Positions 12,510 to 26,035 of a DNA stretch of 64,000 nt are shown piece by piece (position 1 is the stretch's first letter; the number at the start of each line of letters is the position of its first letter). The DNA comes from Octopus vulgaris (taxonomy: Eukaryota). Both the position numbers and the translations under genes were made by a program. The DNA is taken from positions 25,978,001-26,042,000 of the forward strand of contig OX597825.1 in NCBI GenBank assembly GCA_951406725.2. Reading direction: 5' to 3'. Below the pieces are notes generated by a model that was not told where the DNA came from, ran no database searches, and saw only the letters and a program-made list of their open reading frames with translations.

Positions 12510-12622
12510 TCTTAGAACCGCAAATATAACGTGATTTTTCATTTAGAATTTATGCATAAGCTGCGGTTCAAATGGAGATGGTACGTAAACTTTTGTAACT
12601 TATAACTGAATATAAGTTACGC

Positions 12623-13051
12623 TTTTACTCTTTTACTCTTTTAATTGTTTCAGTCATTTGATTGTGGCCATGCTGAAGCACCGCCTTTAGTTGAGCAAAT
12701 CGACCTCTGGACATATTCTTTGTAAGCTTAGTACCTATTCTATTGGTCTCTTATGCCGAACCGCTAAGTTACGGGAACGTAAACACACCAGCATCGGTTG
12801 TCAAGCGATGTTGGGGAGGGGATAAACACAGATACACAAACATACACACACACATATATATATATATATATGTATATACATACATACGACGGGCTTCTTT
12901 CAGTTTCCTTCTACCAAATCCACTCACAAGGCTTTGGTCGGCCCGAGGCTATAGTATAAAACACACTTGCCCAAGGTGCTATGCAGTAGGACTGAACCCG
13001 GAACCGAGTAGTTGCTAAGCAAGCTACTTGCCACACAGCCACTCCTGCGCC
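12623..13051 (-). mobile_element. SINE family B, full length
   Basis: Minus strand GGCGCAGGAGTGGCTGTGTGG (A-box), GGTTCAGTCC (B-box), CCTTGGGCAAGTG (CORE-like), (TA)/(TG) spacer, 3' module and (AAAAGAGT)n tail. Confidence 0.92.
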
Positions 13052-13223
13052 TATGTTAAAGAATTTTCTTTGACTTCTTTTTTTCATTGGATTATTTACT
13101 CTCCGCCAAACCCATAATACGGTATAATCATCGTGAAACTTGGATTTTCTACACCAGAAGTATTCCGGCTTTGGCCTGTGTTCCGACAATAGTGATAGCC
13201 CAGTATTCGGTTCTCTTTACACA

Positions 13224-13266
<43 letters not shown>

Positions 13267-13823
13267 GTATAAATACACACACACACCCAAGTACTTATAG
13301 AGATACATGCATAAACACACACACATATATATAATTCATTTTTAACTATAGACTTTGATGCAGACAAAGTTATTAATAATAGTGTGTAAGTATTGGATTA
13401 AAAGCTTGATGCACATCGATTTGTTTTTCAGTTAAGTACGAAATATTTCAACTTCTCTCGAAGTTAGTAAGTTTTCATAGTGTAAACTATATATATATAT
13501 ATATAAATATATGTGCGTGTATGTATGTATGTTATGTATGTGTGTAGGTGTGTCTTTAGCGGTATATTATACTAAGTGTATATGCAACACGTTAGACTTT
13601 ATGGTGTGTGAGACAGTAGGGGTTCTTAGACTTGTGTTATATATTAGGGTATGAATAAAATATTCATCGTTACTATGGAAGCTTACATTGTTGGTTAAAA
13701 ACTTATTCTACGCAACTGAGACATAAAGTTGACATCTATGTATCATAATAAATTTATGCACATCATTAGAAAGTATTATGCCACATTTTGTCAGATAAAA
13801 TCTTTTCACACATTTATGGTGAA

Positions 13824-13868
<45 letters not shown>

Positions 13869-14106
13869 TAATAAATAAAATATATGCATACATACAAACA
13901 TATATGTACGTACCGACATCTACATGTATATATACATGCATATATAAATATATATATACGTACAGGACATCACAGGAAGATGAAAAAATCAACAGAACGA
14001 AAACGGAAAATACATTTTGTTACAACAGAAGGACAGAGACGTGGAACAAGACGAAACGAAAACGAAAACGGGAAAAACAATTATGTGCAACAGAAAAACG
14101 AAGTAC

Positions 14107-14147
<41 letters not shown>

Positions 14148-14334
14148 GACCGAGTGAATCATTTTTATAGCAGTAACTCATGAGAACGAAAGAGGTATTG
14201 CGTCAATGTGAGCAGATATTTTTTATTTTGCTCTCTTTGATGACGCTTGAAATGTCGTTTACAGAAACTATAAAGAGAAGCAGACACTAAACAGTCATCT
14301 GAGGGACATCACTGGTGGCTCGATTGGATTCCAC

Positions 14335-15110
14335 TCTGTTCTGCTCACCAGGAAATATTTAATCCAGCGTAGCCATTCCCGGTGGATTCCAATATTTGAC
14401 GATTTTGATAGGAGGATATCGTGGTCGCATCTGTCGAACACGGAAGTCAAGAATTATGACAACAGATTTCGAACCTGATCCCAAGGCTCTAATTCCATAA
14501 TCGATGTGATGTAAAAGCTATGTTAGACAGTCCTTACTGCAGTGTAAGCCAAACTGGTTGAAATTTAGAAGGTTGCGGCTCTCCAGGAAGCCAATTTTCC
14601 TCGATGTCGCCACCCTTTCAAACACTTTGATGATATGGGAAGTGAGTGAGGTAGGGCGATAATTTACTAGAAGAGACTTGTTTCCCATTTTGAAGATCGG
14701 GATGACAGATTAGGATAAGAACTGTTTAGGTATATAGATTGAGTCTATAGGGATTTCCTCCAGGTGTCTACATTCCTTCAGGGTATTCGCGGGGAACCTA
14801 TCAGGCCCTGCTACAGAATAGTAATTCATTTCATTTATTGCTGCTATGATGTCTGGCACGTTACAATTTATGTCAGAGATAATATGTTGAGGTTGAGTTC
14901 GCTTAGCTCCCTTTCATCAATATCAGTGGGATATCTCAAGACAGGGCTGTACTTTTTGTTGTTCCTGTAGTGCTTCTGCCATTTCTTTAGCGCTATGGTG
15001 GAGAATGCTGTTATCTTCAATCAGTGGGCCGGCGGATATGACAGCAGACCGGTGCTTGTTAGTTTATGAATAGAACACTCTTGTCTACAGTTTCCCTCAG
15101 CGGCTCTTTG
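14335..15110 (-). pseudogene. Decayed CR1-group LINE ORF2 (reverse transcriptase N-terminal part)
   Basis: Manual minus-strand translation VIPIFKMGNKSLLVNYRPTSLTSHIIKVFERV...NQFG...LDF-VFDRCDHDILLSK...WLRWIKYFL, with stops and frameshifts. Confidence 0.85.
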
Positions 15111-15949
15111 ATTGTCAATGTAGGCTGTCATGCTTATCTGCAAATAGTAATAGTAGTAGTAGTAGTAGTAGACTGTTGTTGTTGAAGCGAATTCTGGCCT
15201 GTCATGATGGTAGTAGTATCTTGTAGTGAATCCTGACTTACTGCGGTTGGATTAGGTGAAATTAGGTCAGATGGTGAAACCAAAGCAGATGCTATTTGCT
15301 GCTGGCTGACGGATTATTGAGCTGACCCCTGACCTGTTGCAATGGGGTCAGGCGGTGCACTACACCCATTGACCAGTATAGGTTCTAGTTTTGCCACATT
15401 GATTATATTCTCAATTTGTTTATCGTTCTGTAAAAGGATTGTGAAGCTAATTTTTCAGCGATTTTATTGTAAATACTGGCTGTTTCCCCAAGCATTTATT
15501 AGAGCAACGATATTATTTCCTACCCAGTGTCATTTTAAAATGTTATTGGTCATGTTCATTAGCCAGAGAAACATTATACACCGTTCAATAGCTATTAGGA
15601 AATTAGATAATTTAATATAAGGTGTAATCGTGTGCACATGTGTCCGTTAGAGAGTTTGTTGCTGATATATAGCTAAGTAAAAATGCATGTGTGTATCTGG
15701 GTGAGTGTGTGTGAGTGCAATGGATTTAACACAAATCAGAAGAAATTTACGGCGTTATTATGAGAATAGTTTTAAAACTAATCATGAGAACACTTTGAGA
15801 TATTTGCAGTCACTGCTACTTTATAGTTATTTCTCCACATGGCATAAAGATTTATGCGAATTTGCACTGAGTCAATCTTATCTTCCGATGATTACAAATT
15901 TGTAAACCGCAAAGGTTTTCATTATAGATGTATGTATATATATATATAC

Positions 15950-16007
<58 letters not shown>

Positions 16008-16011
<4 letters not shown>

Positions 16012-16385
16012 CAAAATGGGACAAGAACACAAAACATCCGGACAACTAGGTGATACAAAAAGGGACAGCAAAACATCCAGATAGACAACACAAATAACAA
16101 GGACGGGTCATTCGAAGCTTTCTACCCTCAGCCAAGAACTAGATCATCCTCGCAATTTCGGCTGATTAATCTTGAGATTGCTCCAATCTGGCCAGCCCCA
16201 AAGAAAAACTAAGCTAAGAGCATTAGATTCCTTGGGAAAAAGCATCGAATGTATACGAAAACAAGCACGGAAAAATAGACGATGTTACACAAACATAAAT
16301 ACAATAAAAATAATAACAGGATATAACAATACGTGTATTTCGACTAGGGACGAATTGAATTCAGCTGGCGTGTGTGGAAATGAAG
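16008..16385. mobile_element. (TA)n-anchored unclassified repeat abutting the Penelope fragment
   Basis: A-rich segment starting right after (TA)n, with an internal AAAACATCC duplication; no second copy in the window. Confidence 0.35.
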
Positions 16386-16404
16386 AGAGGGATTACTCAG
16401 TGCC

Positions 16405-17420
16405 TAAAATATCGTGCAAAGAATATAAGTAGCGATCGTGATACACACCACGAAGAAATGATCAAGCTCAATAACGATCTATTAAGCAACAACTACCCAA
16501 TAGAGAGGATGAGGCCAATAAAACTGTCCACAGTCTGTCTACGCTATGTAAAAGGCCTCTCTGAAAATATTCAAAAGATATGCGGCCCATATGACACGAG
16601 GACAGTATTCAATACTCACACAGCACTTCACAAATATCTCCTTCGAGTAAAATGACCAATAGAAGAGAATAGAACCAAAGATTCCCGTGCATCTGTGGTT
16701 GTTTATACAAAGGCGAGACATGCCGCCCCCTCAAAATAAGCGTAGACGAACATCGCAAAGCTGTATACGAGGAGATATTGATAAATCGGGTATAGCTGAT
16801 CATGATTTTAGTTTACTTTCGCTTTCTTTGATTATTTTCCGCCCCTATCCCATTCTTGTTTTTCTCTCTTTTTTCCTTTTCTCCTTTTCTTTCTCTCTTT
16901 CTCTTCTCTCTTCTATCCACTCACTCACAACCCACCTCTGTCTATATTGTTTTCTGTCTTTCTCACACTATATACCCACGAATACCATTTACATACTAGC
17001 TAACAATTTCAAGATGAACGCATCATTCAAAATACTGGCAAAATGCTGTCTGGGTCTACCTGGTATTATACCTAAGGGCCTATACCTTCACGGAAGTATA
17101 GACCAACCTCCATACCTTCTGAAAAAAAGATAAACTGTAAAATTCATTTGTCTGTGTGCATTCTGTCTACTTTTAATCTTTCGTCTACTATTTTATTCTT
17201 TAGAATCTGTGAATGTCTCTGTCAAGAACATTCATACATACTCATAATGTCTCTGATGACGGAATTCCCATTGTATGGACGTGTTAGCCTATCACTCGGG
17301 ACAGCCTAGAGACCGTTGTAAGACTTGAAATTTACCTTACCCTAATTAAATTATTATAAATGACTTGAGATACTCGTCCTGCCTTGGCTTTTGTTGTACT
17401 TCTTCCTTTAATATAGACCT
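16405..17420 (+). mobile_element. 5'-truncated Penelope-like element: RT thumb/linker and GIY-YIG endonuclease remnant, plus 3' repeat region with HHR motif
   Basis: KYRAKNISS...LSNNYP...VCLRYVKGLSENIQKICGPYD, then after frameshifts xPCICGCLYKGETCRPLKISVDEHRKAV-RGDIDKSGIADH; pyrimidine-rich tract and HHR-like motif downstream. Confidence 0.88.
17249..17324 (+). ncRNA. Degenerate type I hammerhead ribozyme motif
   Basis: GTCT-CTGATGA(17253-59)-long stem II region-GAGA(17309-12; A14G)-CCGTTG-TA-AGAC; stem I GTCT/AGAC. Confidence 0.6.
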
Positions 17421-17529
17421 GCTAATACGGAAGCCTAATACGGATCCCAACTCCTAACGGATGACCAATTATAGCACTTACTCGGCGTCCCTGTTCATTT
17501 AGATCAACAAAGAACTAAACCCCTCACAT

Positions 17530-17569
<40 letters not shown>

Positions 17570-17587
17570 AAATATATTCTCTCTCTC

Positions 17588-17674
<87 letters not shown>

Positions 17675-17675
17675 T

Positions 17676-17917
17676 TATTATATTTCGGATTGGTCATTTT
17701 GCCAGTTTAGCCAATAAAAACACACGCACTATGTATTTGGTGTTACTTTGCCTCAGTGTTATTTATTTTTTACATTAATCTTAATCTTATTTCGGCCAGA
17801 GCTCTTTCATCACACTCCTGTGACCGCATCAGTGTTCCTTTGTTTTCTTCTTTCATATTTGTGTCTCTAAATTATTTATTGGCTAAACTGGCAAAATGAC
17901 CATTACGAAATATAATA
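17676..17917. mobile_element. Fold-back element with 43-bp inverted termini next to (TA)n
   Basis: Arms 17676-17718 and 17875-17917 match at 41/43; interior has a minus-strand HHR-like motif. Confidence 0.8.
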
Positions 17918-17971
17918 TCTGTTTCAACACACAATTTCACTTAAAAAATCTTGCACAACAAATATATAAAC

Positions 17972-18019
<48 letters not shown>

Positions 18020-18221
18020 GTGTGTGTGTGTGTATTTGTATATATTGATGTGAGTGCGCCTTTGTGTTTGTTTGTCCCTCATCGCCCCAATGCTTGACAA
18101 TCCTTTAAGGTGGTGCTTCTGCATGGTTGCTCTCAAATAAGGGAAATACGTAGAAGAATAAAAGATTACCCACATACGGATATATGTGTATGTATGTGCA
18201 TGTATGTGTATGTGTGCGCGT

Positions 18222-18420
18222 CTCTGTTTGCTCCCCTCCTCCCGTTTGACAACTGGTGATCGTGTGTTTACGTCCCTGTAACATAGCGGTTCGGCAAAGA
18301 GACCTATAGAATAAGTACTAGAGTTAGAAAAATAAGTGCTAGGGTCGATTTGCCCGACTAAAAACCTCTTCAAGGCGGTGCCCAAGCATGGCTGCATTCA
18401 CATGACGGAAACAAGCAAAA
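18222..18420 (+). mobile_element. SINE family B 3' module (headless)
   Basis: TTTACGTCCCTGTAACATAGCGGTTCGGCAAA...GATTTGCCCGACTAAA...GGCGGTGCCCAAGCATGGC; a shorter fragment lies at 18060-18135. Confidence 0.8.
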
Positions 18421-18518
<98 letters not shown>

Positions 18519-18896
18519 CCTATATTATACAGACTTTAATGTGTGTCTGTCTGCGCTCCTTTTGATATATATATTTAGGAATTCATAAAAATGTTAACAA
18601 TATATATATGGATATTGTGTTTTTAGGCGTTTTGGTCGGTATGTTGTGCATTTTTCGATATTCGTTTTGGAACGCTTCCAAATACATTATTTTGCATTCC
18701 GTTGAAATGATTCATGTTTTCGCAAGACGAATTAGCGATATATTAATTTGAAATAATAGTTTTCGTCCAGGAAATCTGCAGAGAATATCGAAGAAAAAAA
18801 AATACACCGAGAGAAACAAACCCATATATACATGCAATGCACACACAAACACGCGTCCATGTATGTATGTAAGTATGTATATGTATACATGTATGC

Positions 18897-18944
<48 letters not shown>

Positions 18945-19420
18945 ATAAGTATGTATATGTATATATGTATGTATGTAAGTGTGTGCGTGTAAGTATGTTT
19001 GCGAGAGAGTTTATTCCATTTAAATTGGAATGGAATAATAAAACAATAAAAATGCATGTAAATTATTAAATAACAATAATTAACAGTAAAATACGTAACA
19101 ATAACACAAATATCGTATTTGAATATATGAAAGATATTACTTTAAGGAGCATGGCTACCCTTAAATAACAATATTCTCTTTCTAAGATAATTTACAATCA
19201 AAGATATGCATAAACTTACATAGATACATATATACATATACGTATGTGTGTGTGCATTATATATATATATATCACATGTATATACATGTACGTTCAAGTG
19301 GCATTGTAATATATGGAATAGCCTCGCTATGTGATATCATTTTATTTCACGCTTTCCAATTGTTTTTGCTTTAATATTCCATAATTGCTTGATATTCGTA
19401 GCAAATATTTGCTTTCTTTT

Positions 19421-19464
<44 letters not shown>

Positions 19465-19689
19465 CATTCTGTAGCCTATTGTATAACACATCGTAAATTG
19501 GATTTTTTGATCGCCGCTTTTGATACGTTTAATTTTGATTGATTGAAAATATGATAGCATCTTATCGATCTTGATCAAAGACTTATGTTGTGTATGTCTT
19601 TGATTAGCTCTTTAACATAGATCAAAAGGAGGAGCGAAGATTAATGTAGAAAAAATAATTTAATACGGAGCAATTTATTAAGAGTGTGA

Positions 19690-19728
<39 letters not shown>

Positions 19729-20761
19729 GCATATATGTTTATATACATGCATACATATACGTATATATGCATACATATATACATACACATATATATATAC
19801 ATACATATAGCTTTGAATTTTACGATTTTACATACATAACTACATACATGTATTCAACATACTGGCAAATACGTATATACATACTTCCAATATATATGTA
19901 TATATATATATTTGTATTTAGATATATAATTCAAAGCGACTCTATGTAGATTTATATTTGTATAATTTGGCAGGCGTATACGTATATGTATGAATGTATG
20001 TATGTATGTATGTATGTATGTATGTATATATTGTACATATAAATATTATACACACACATATACATATAGACGCACATACGCACATATATGCTTTCCTCTA
20101 TCTATTAAAATGCTGTTATGGAGATGTATTTGATATTTGTGTATGTGTTTGTGTATGCATGTGTTGTGCACGAGGAAAGATCAGGCCTTGTGTTTGCAAA
20201 ATTAGTTTCCGCCATCCGTCGTTCCGAGTTCGATTTCTCACAGCCAGACTGTGGGCCATTTCAAATCTTCCGATCAATGGAACAACATAATTCACTTAGA
20301 CGAGCCTCTAATAATTTTGAAATATTTAAATTTACTTTTTGCGAAGTAATAGACATTAGGGAGCGGAAAATTGAAATTAATTACTGCTTTACACAACACC
20401 GCGATAGACAAAAGAGAATATAGCATGACATTTTCTCTTGGCTCTGGAAGTTTCGAAGAAATGAATAAGGGGGTGATCGTCTGCTGAGAGCCTTGAACTT
20501 AGTTATAAAAACCATCGCAGGATCAATTTACAAATAAACGCTTCATCGACAATGCGTTGTATTGAGTGAGATTCTAGATGTCTTATATTTTCTTTACATT
20601 CTGATCCAGAATTTTCTTTTGTTTTCTCATTAGCTGAAATGCCGTTTTCTGGCTATTAATAAAGAATAGATCGGCCACTCAAGCCCTACTGCGTTTCAAT
20701 GGTCCTTGCTCAATTTCAGTTGCATGCCCCTCCCCCATAATTCTCTTACTCTTTCAAATAC

Positions 20762-21100
20762 TTATTTCAGTCATTTGACTGCGCCCATGCTGGAGCACTG
20801 CCTTTAGTCGAACAAATCGAATCTAGGATTTATTCCTTGTAAGCCTGGTACTTATTCTATAAGTTTCTTTTGCAGAACCGCTAAGTTACGAGGACTTAAA
20901 GACAACAACATCGGGCATCAAGCGATGATGGTGGAACAAACACAGACACACAAACATATATACATGTATATGTATATGTATATGCATATGTATATATATA
21001 TACATACATACATAATATATATATATATATATATGTATATATATGCATATGTGTATATATATACATGCATACATACAAATGTATATATATATATATATGC

Positions 21101-21137
<37 letters not shown>

Positions 21138-21248
21138 CACAAGACTTTGGTGGTCCCGAGAATAGCAGAAGGTGTCACGCAGTGGGACTAAATCCGGGAC
21201 AAGGGGGTTAGGAAGCAATCGTCTTACCACACAGCAACGCCCGCACCT
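20762..21248 (-). mobile_element. SINE family B with expanded internal (TA/CA) tract
   Basis: Tail 20762-20945, microsatellite to about 21135, internally deleted head to 21248. Confidence 0.82.
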
Positions 21249-21399
21249 GTAATGTTTTAAATGTTTTAAAAAGTATATATTTATGCACAAAAACACAAAA
21301 CCAACAACACCAACACCAATGAGAAAAGCCTGTACAAACACATTCACAAAACAATGTGTACATGTGTATATGTATATATGTGTATATGTATATATATAT

Positions 21400-21439
<40 letters not shown>

Positions 21440-21808
21440 CACACACACTGTTTCTCTCCCTCTCTCTTACACACACACACACACACTCATGTGTGTGAGT
21501 GTGTTTCTGTGTCTTCTAGCTTGTGTTCCTCCCTCCTGCACCATAGCATATCAACCGGTGTATGTCTATTTACGTGTTCATCATAGGAGACTAGTAGAAT
21601 AAGTACCATATATAAAAGTATATAGTGGGCTCGATTTGTTTAAATGAATTCTTCAAGGAATTAGTCCCACTGTCGCCGTAGATGCATGACAAGTAAAAGA
21701 TTAAAGATATGTGTGTTTGTTTTACGCATGCTATGCTACTTGATATTATTATAAATGAAAATAACCTTATATATTTTTATCTATCTATCCATTAATCTAT
21801 CTATTTAT

Positions 21809-21848
<40 letters not shown>

Positions 21849-22351
21849 TTATATATTGGTATGGGGTTATTTGCGTGTGCTTGTGCGTGTGCTTGTGCGT
21901 GTGATTGCGTGTCTGTGTGTTTGGTTGTGTGTGTGTGCATGTGTGTGCGTTTGTGTATCTGTGTGTGCGTTTGTGTATCTGTGTGCTTGTTTGTTTGTTT
22001 GTGTATGTGTGTGCGTGAGACGAAAGCACTCAATATCAAGTTTGTATATTTTAAATTTAGAGATTCAACACAAGACGAGCGGCGATTTTAAAGACATTAA
22101 TAGTGAGAGAGAAATGTTCAAATTCGTTGTTGCTAAAAAAGTTCATAGGTTATCTTAGACAATCAGAAAAAATTATAAAGTTAGGAAAGAAATAAAAATA
22201 ATAGTTCCAAATTCATGAAATTTAGGTTAGACCCCATCATCAACCATGCGGGAGAATGCACTGTATAACGCTTTAGAATAATTTAGTTTACCTTATATGT
22301 GCACCTCAAGAAGCGCTTATGCCATGAATACTCAAACGTTTAATAATTTGG

Positions 22352-22566
22352 GATTTCAAATTTTATCACGAGTACAGTAATTTCAACTGAATTGGTAAGT
22401 CGATTACATCGATCTCAGAGTTCACCTGGTACTCATTTTATCGACTACAAAAGAATGAAAGCTTCAAAAACGACCACGGCAGAGTTTGTACTCAGAGCAC
22501 GATGACAGACGGATTGGCACTAACCATTATTACCGAACGTACTAACGATTCTTTCAAGCTTGCTGT
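22352..22566 (-). mobile_element. Old SINE family A copy
   Basis: AAGTCGATTACATCGA...CTGGTACTCATTTTATCGAC...AAAGAATGAAAG, diverged. Confidence 0.7.
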
Positions 22567-23269
22567 TTTAAAAAGATTTTGTAATCGTAGTAGCATGAAA
22601 CAAACATTTTAAGATCGAATTTATGATATTAATTTGAAAAATATCTAATTGAAGTTTTTTCTTATTAGATTATTACCGATATACAATCAGACATTAAGTG
22701 AAAAGTTTCAAAAACGAAATTACCAAATTGTAAGTTGACTTGTTTGAAATTAATTATGAACAATAAAAACTTCCTGAAAGTAAGTTCAATATTTAAGACC
22801 TAATTAATTACTAACAATGAATTTCGTTTACAATGCGGCAGATGTTTCAAAAGCGCATAGGCCCAATTATATACACTCTACGCATGGGTATAAGTTTGCA
22901 CTCGTGTGTATATGTATGTGTATGTTGTTTGTATAATTTCACAGTTTTTTGCTTGGGATCATGTTAGTTGATATTAATGCAATAAACACACACGTGCACA
23001 TACATACATACGTACAAATGGATATATGTGCACACCTAGTTGTGTGCATCTACAAAGACACGCATATATAACCTAATACAGCACACTCGCACAGACACCA
23101 GAGTACTAAGGACGCATGTTAACCCACAACACAACATGAGTACAGGTATAATTTCTATATATATTCACTCTATAACACAACCACATAATTATAGACTCAA
23201 GAACTGTCTTAAGCCAAAAAGTCCTGTGAATTGGATAGTACCCTACTTGAACGCAAGATGGACTTAAAT

Positions 23270-23539
23270 AAATCTTAACTAAGCCTGGTACTTATTCTGT
23301 CGGTCTCTTCTGCCAATATCGGTTGTCAAGCGATGGTGGGGCGGACATACACAGACTCAAATATACACACATAAGTATATAAATATGTATACGAGGACTT
23401 CTTTCAGTTTTCTCTTACCAAATCCACTCACAATACTTTGGTCGGCCCGAGGCGAAAGTAGATGACACTTGCCCAAGGTATCACGCAGTGGGATTGAACC
23501 GGGAACCATGTGGTTTGGAAGTAAGCTTCTTACTACACA
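23270..23539 (-). mobile_element. SINE family B, partial
   Basis: ACTTGCCCAAGG...GGGATTGAACCGGGAACCATGTGG matches the family B head on the minus strand. Confidence 0.82.
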
Positions 23540-24446
23540 GATAAATTTTAAACAAAAATGTAAGAATGAATTTTTCAAATATAAATTTCCTTCTTCAGAG
23601 AGGCCCCACTTTTACAGGTGCGGAGAAATTTTGCTTATCTTTCCTTGGTTATTATTTCCTTAATATCTTAAAAAAATCAGGTGTGTGAACTTGTAGTTAT
23701 GTTATTGAACTGATGATTCTGTGTTTGTAGTTTCGATCGTATGAGACGGCAGAGCCTTGTGCTCTTCAGCGAAACATTATATTTCGCATTTTCTTACAGT
23801 CGAGTATCAAGAACCCAACAAAGAAATTCCGCGTTGAGTGAGGAGTATCATATTCTCATTTGTATATATCCCTAAAAATTGCGACATGCTCTATAACATG
23901 CTGGACTGTTGGCAACCTAATACTTTTAAACACCGTTAATAAGTTACTAATTTCGTAATGCATATTATAAATCTGATCTGAGTTAAATGTCCATTTAATC
24001 AACCGTGGTACTTGCATAGAATCTATTCAATTGACGTTACTGATGTTATGATATTAGGATATCATATTTTAAAGAAGTTTAACTCCGCAGTGCAAATAAT
24101 ATAGTTCGAAGGACTATAAATGCGACACTTATTATACTACTCTGTTAAAATAATTAAGGTTTTGCAGAATTGTAATCAAATGTATTTCATCTACTTCACT
24201 CATTAATCATTGCTTTTACTTCCATTTTGGAAAGTTTACTTTATATTACTCACTCTTATAGAATTAATCAAAGCAAGCAAATCTTCGCGAATTATTAATT
24301 CAGAATACCTGTTCTAATTACACGTGCTCAATATCCACACAGACACACACGTGTAACAACACACGAATATGTATATAAATCACACAGACGTATATACATT
24401 TGTAATTACATATATTGTGTATAATAAGGTAATAAATTTCGTATGG

Positions 24447-24481
<35 letters not shown>

Positions 24482-25896
24482 TCATATGTATATATATTTT
24501 ATACATAGCTATATGATTTATATACATATAAATATACTATATATATATATGTATATATATGTGTGTATATATAATTATATGTCCGTATTATAGATATATG
24601 TGTCTTTGCATGTGTATGTAATATAAATGCATTTGCACACGTATACATAAATTTATATAATACATATAACTTACCCAGTGTAATTACATATATGATTATC
24701 TATTACCCATATGGGTTAATCATTTTTGCTTACTTATGAGGGGAAATATATCTTAAGTAGAATTATGTAGCGTTCCACTAATTCGAATTTCGAAAATTAG
24801 TTGATTAACTGTAAGTAATAACTTTCCAGTGTAATTTACCATTTATATTTGATTGCAATTCCGTATATAAAATTATTTCATCCGTAATTTTTATTGGCGT
24901 TATAGATTTAAAGAACCATTTAATTCTTGGAGAATATTCCAATGAAACTTTGGCAATTATTTCCATGGTGTACAAGATTATATATTAATTAGTAAATGCA
25001 AATCAATACTTAACCGAATAAAAGTGACTAGTTTCGTAACACAAAAGGTAAGTTCCCAGGAATAGAAACTGCGATGCAGACACACCTCGCGACTTGAAGT
25101 ATCTTATAACTTTTACGTTACTTGTTATCATCCTTTTTTGCGGGTATTCACAAAGATATTTCAACTTTAGGGTGGAATTGTTTGGGGGACAAATTTGTGT
25201 GTTGTATTTAGTAGTGTAAAAATGTGGAATATATGAGAAGAAAAGATGTATGACTTGGCGTTTGTGGTTGGATATGATATGCAGCTAACAGAATGAGAAG
25301 ATCAGATGTTAATGTTGCATCGATATAAGAGAGGAAAGATAGATAGGTAGATAGATAGATAGAGAGAGAGAGACAGAGAGGAAAATTAGGAGAGAGAGAG
25401 AGAGAGAGAGAGAGGAAGAGAAAGATAGAGAGGGATGTGTCCATGTCAAGCATTAGCAATTTCATCTTGCTAGGTTGGACATTAATACAAAGGCTATTTA
25501 GAACAATTTTCAGTAAAGTCTCTTCCAGAATTTCCTGTTGTTGTCGAGGGAAAATACGTGTAGATGAAAGGTACGTACCATGAAAACAAATGCAAAGACA
25601 AAATTTCTGAGTCATAATCAGTGCTGAGTATAAAAACTAATGTTGTTTTTATATATTCATATGTGGCATTGTGCTGGAAACGTAATTTACTCACCTTGAT
25701 CATAACCAATACCATTGGTGGTTGAAAGAGAATGAGAAAAGACTGATGTAAATGCGACAAGGTACGTGGCATTCTAGTCAGGTGGTTCTTTCAGAAGCAG
25801 CGACGACAAAGACAACGACAATAACATCAACAACTACTTACTTATAATAATAATAAAAATAATAATAATGATGATAATAATAATAATAATAATAAT

Positions 25897-26030
25897 AGTG
25901 CCTGGTGTACCCTTATCAGACGGGTAGTCATGATGCGTATATTGGGCTTCATATATTTTACCCCAGTGTCACTTTGATGGCATGAACTGCTTTCTCACTC
26001 AATAATAATAATAATAATAATAATAATGAT
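25897..26030 (+). mobile_element. Unclassified (AAT)n-tailed repeat, copy 2
   Basis: Reverse complement aligns with 49355-49455 and 8025-8075; flanked on both sides by (AAT)n. Confidence 0.65.
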
Positions 26031-26035
26031 AATAT

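Noticed and set aside
12187-12532. HHR-like ACGT-CTGAAGG-AGACA...TGTCT-AAAA...TA-ACGT interrupted by a SINE
   Set aside because: Two core mismatches and no stem III; suggestive of a fossil but not supportable.
14232-14278. HHR-like CTCT-TTGATGA...GAAACTATAAAGAG
   Set aside because: C3 missing, stem II unpaired and cleavage triplet unclear.
25510-25765. Candidate micro-exons (plus-strand AG/GTACGT donors; minus-strand AAG/GTGAGT near 25695)
   Set aside because: Splice-like motifs of this strength occur by chance in 64 kb; peptides unrecognisable and on conflicting strands.
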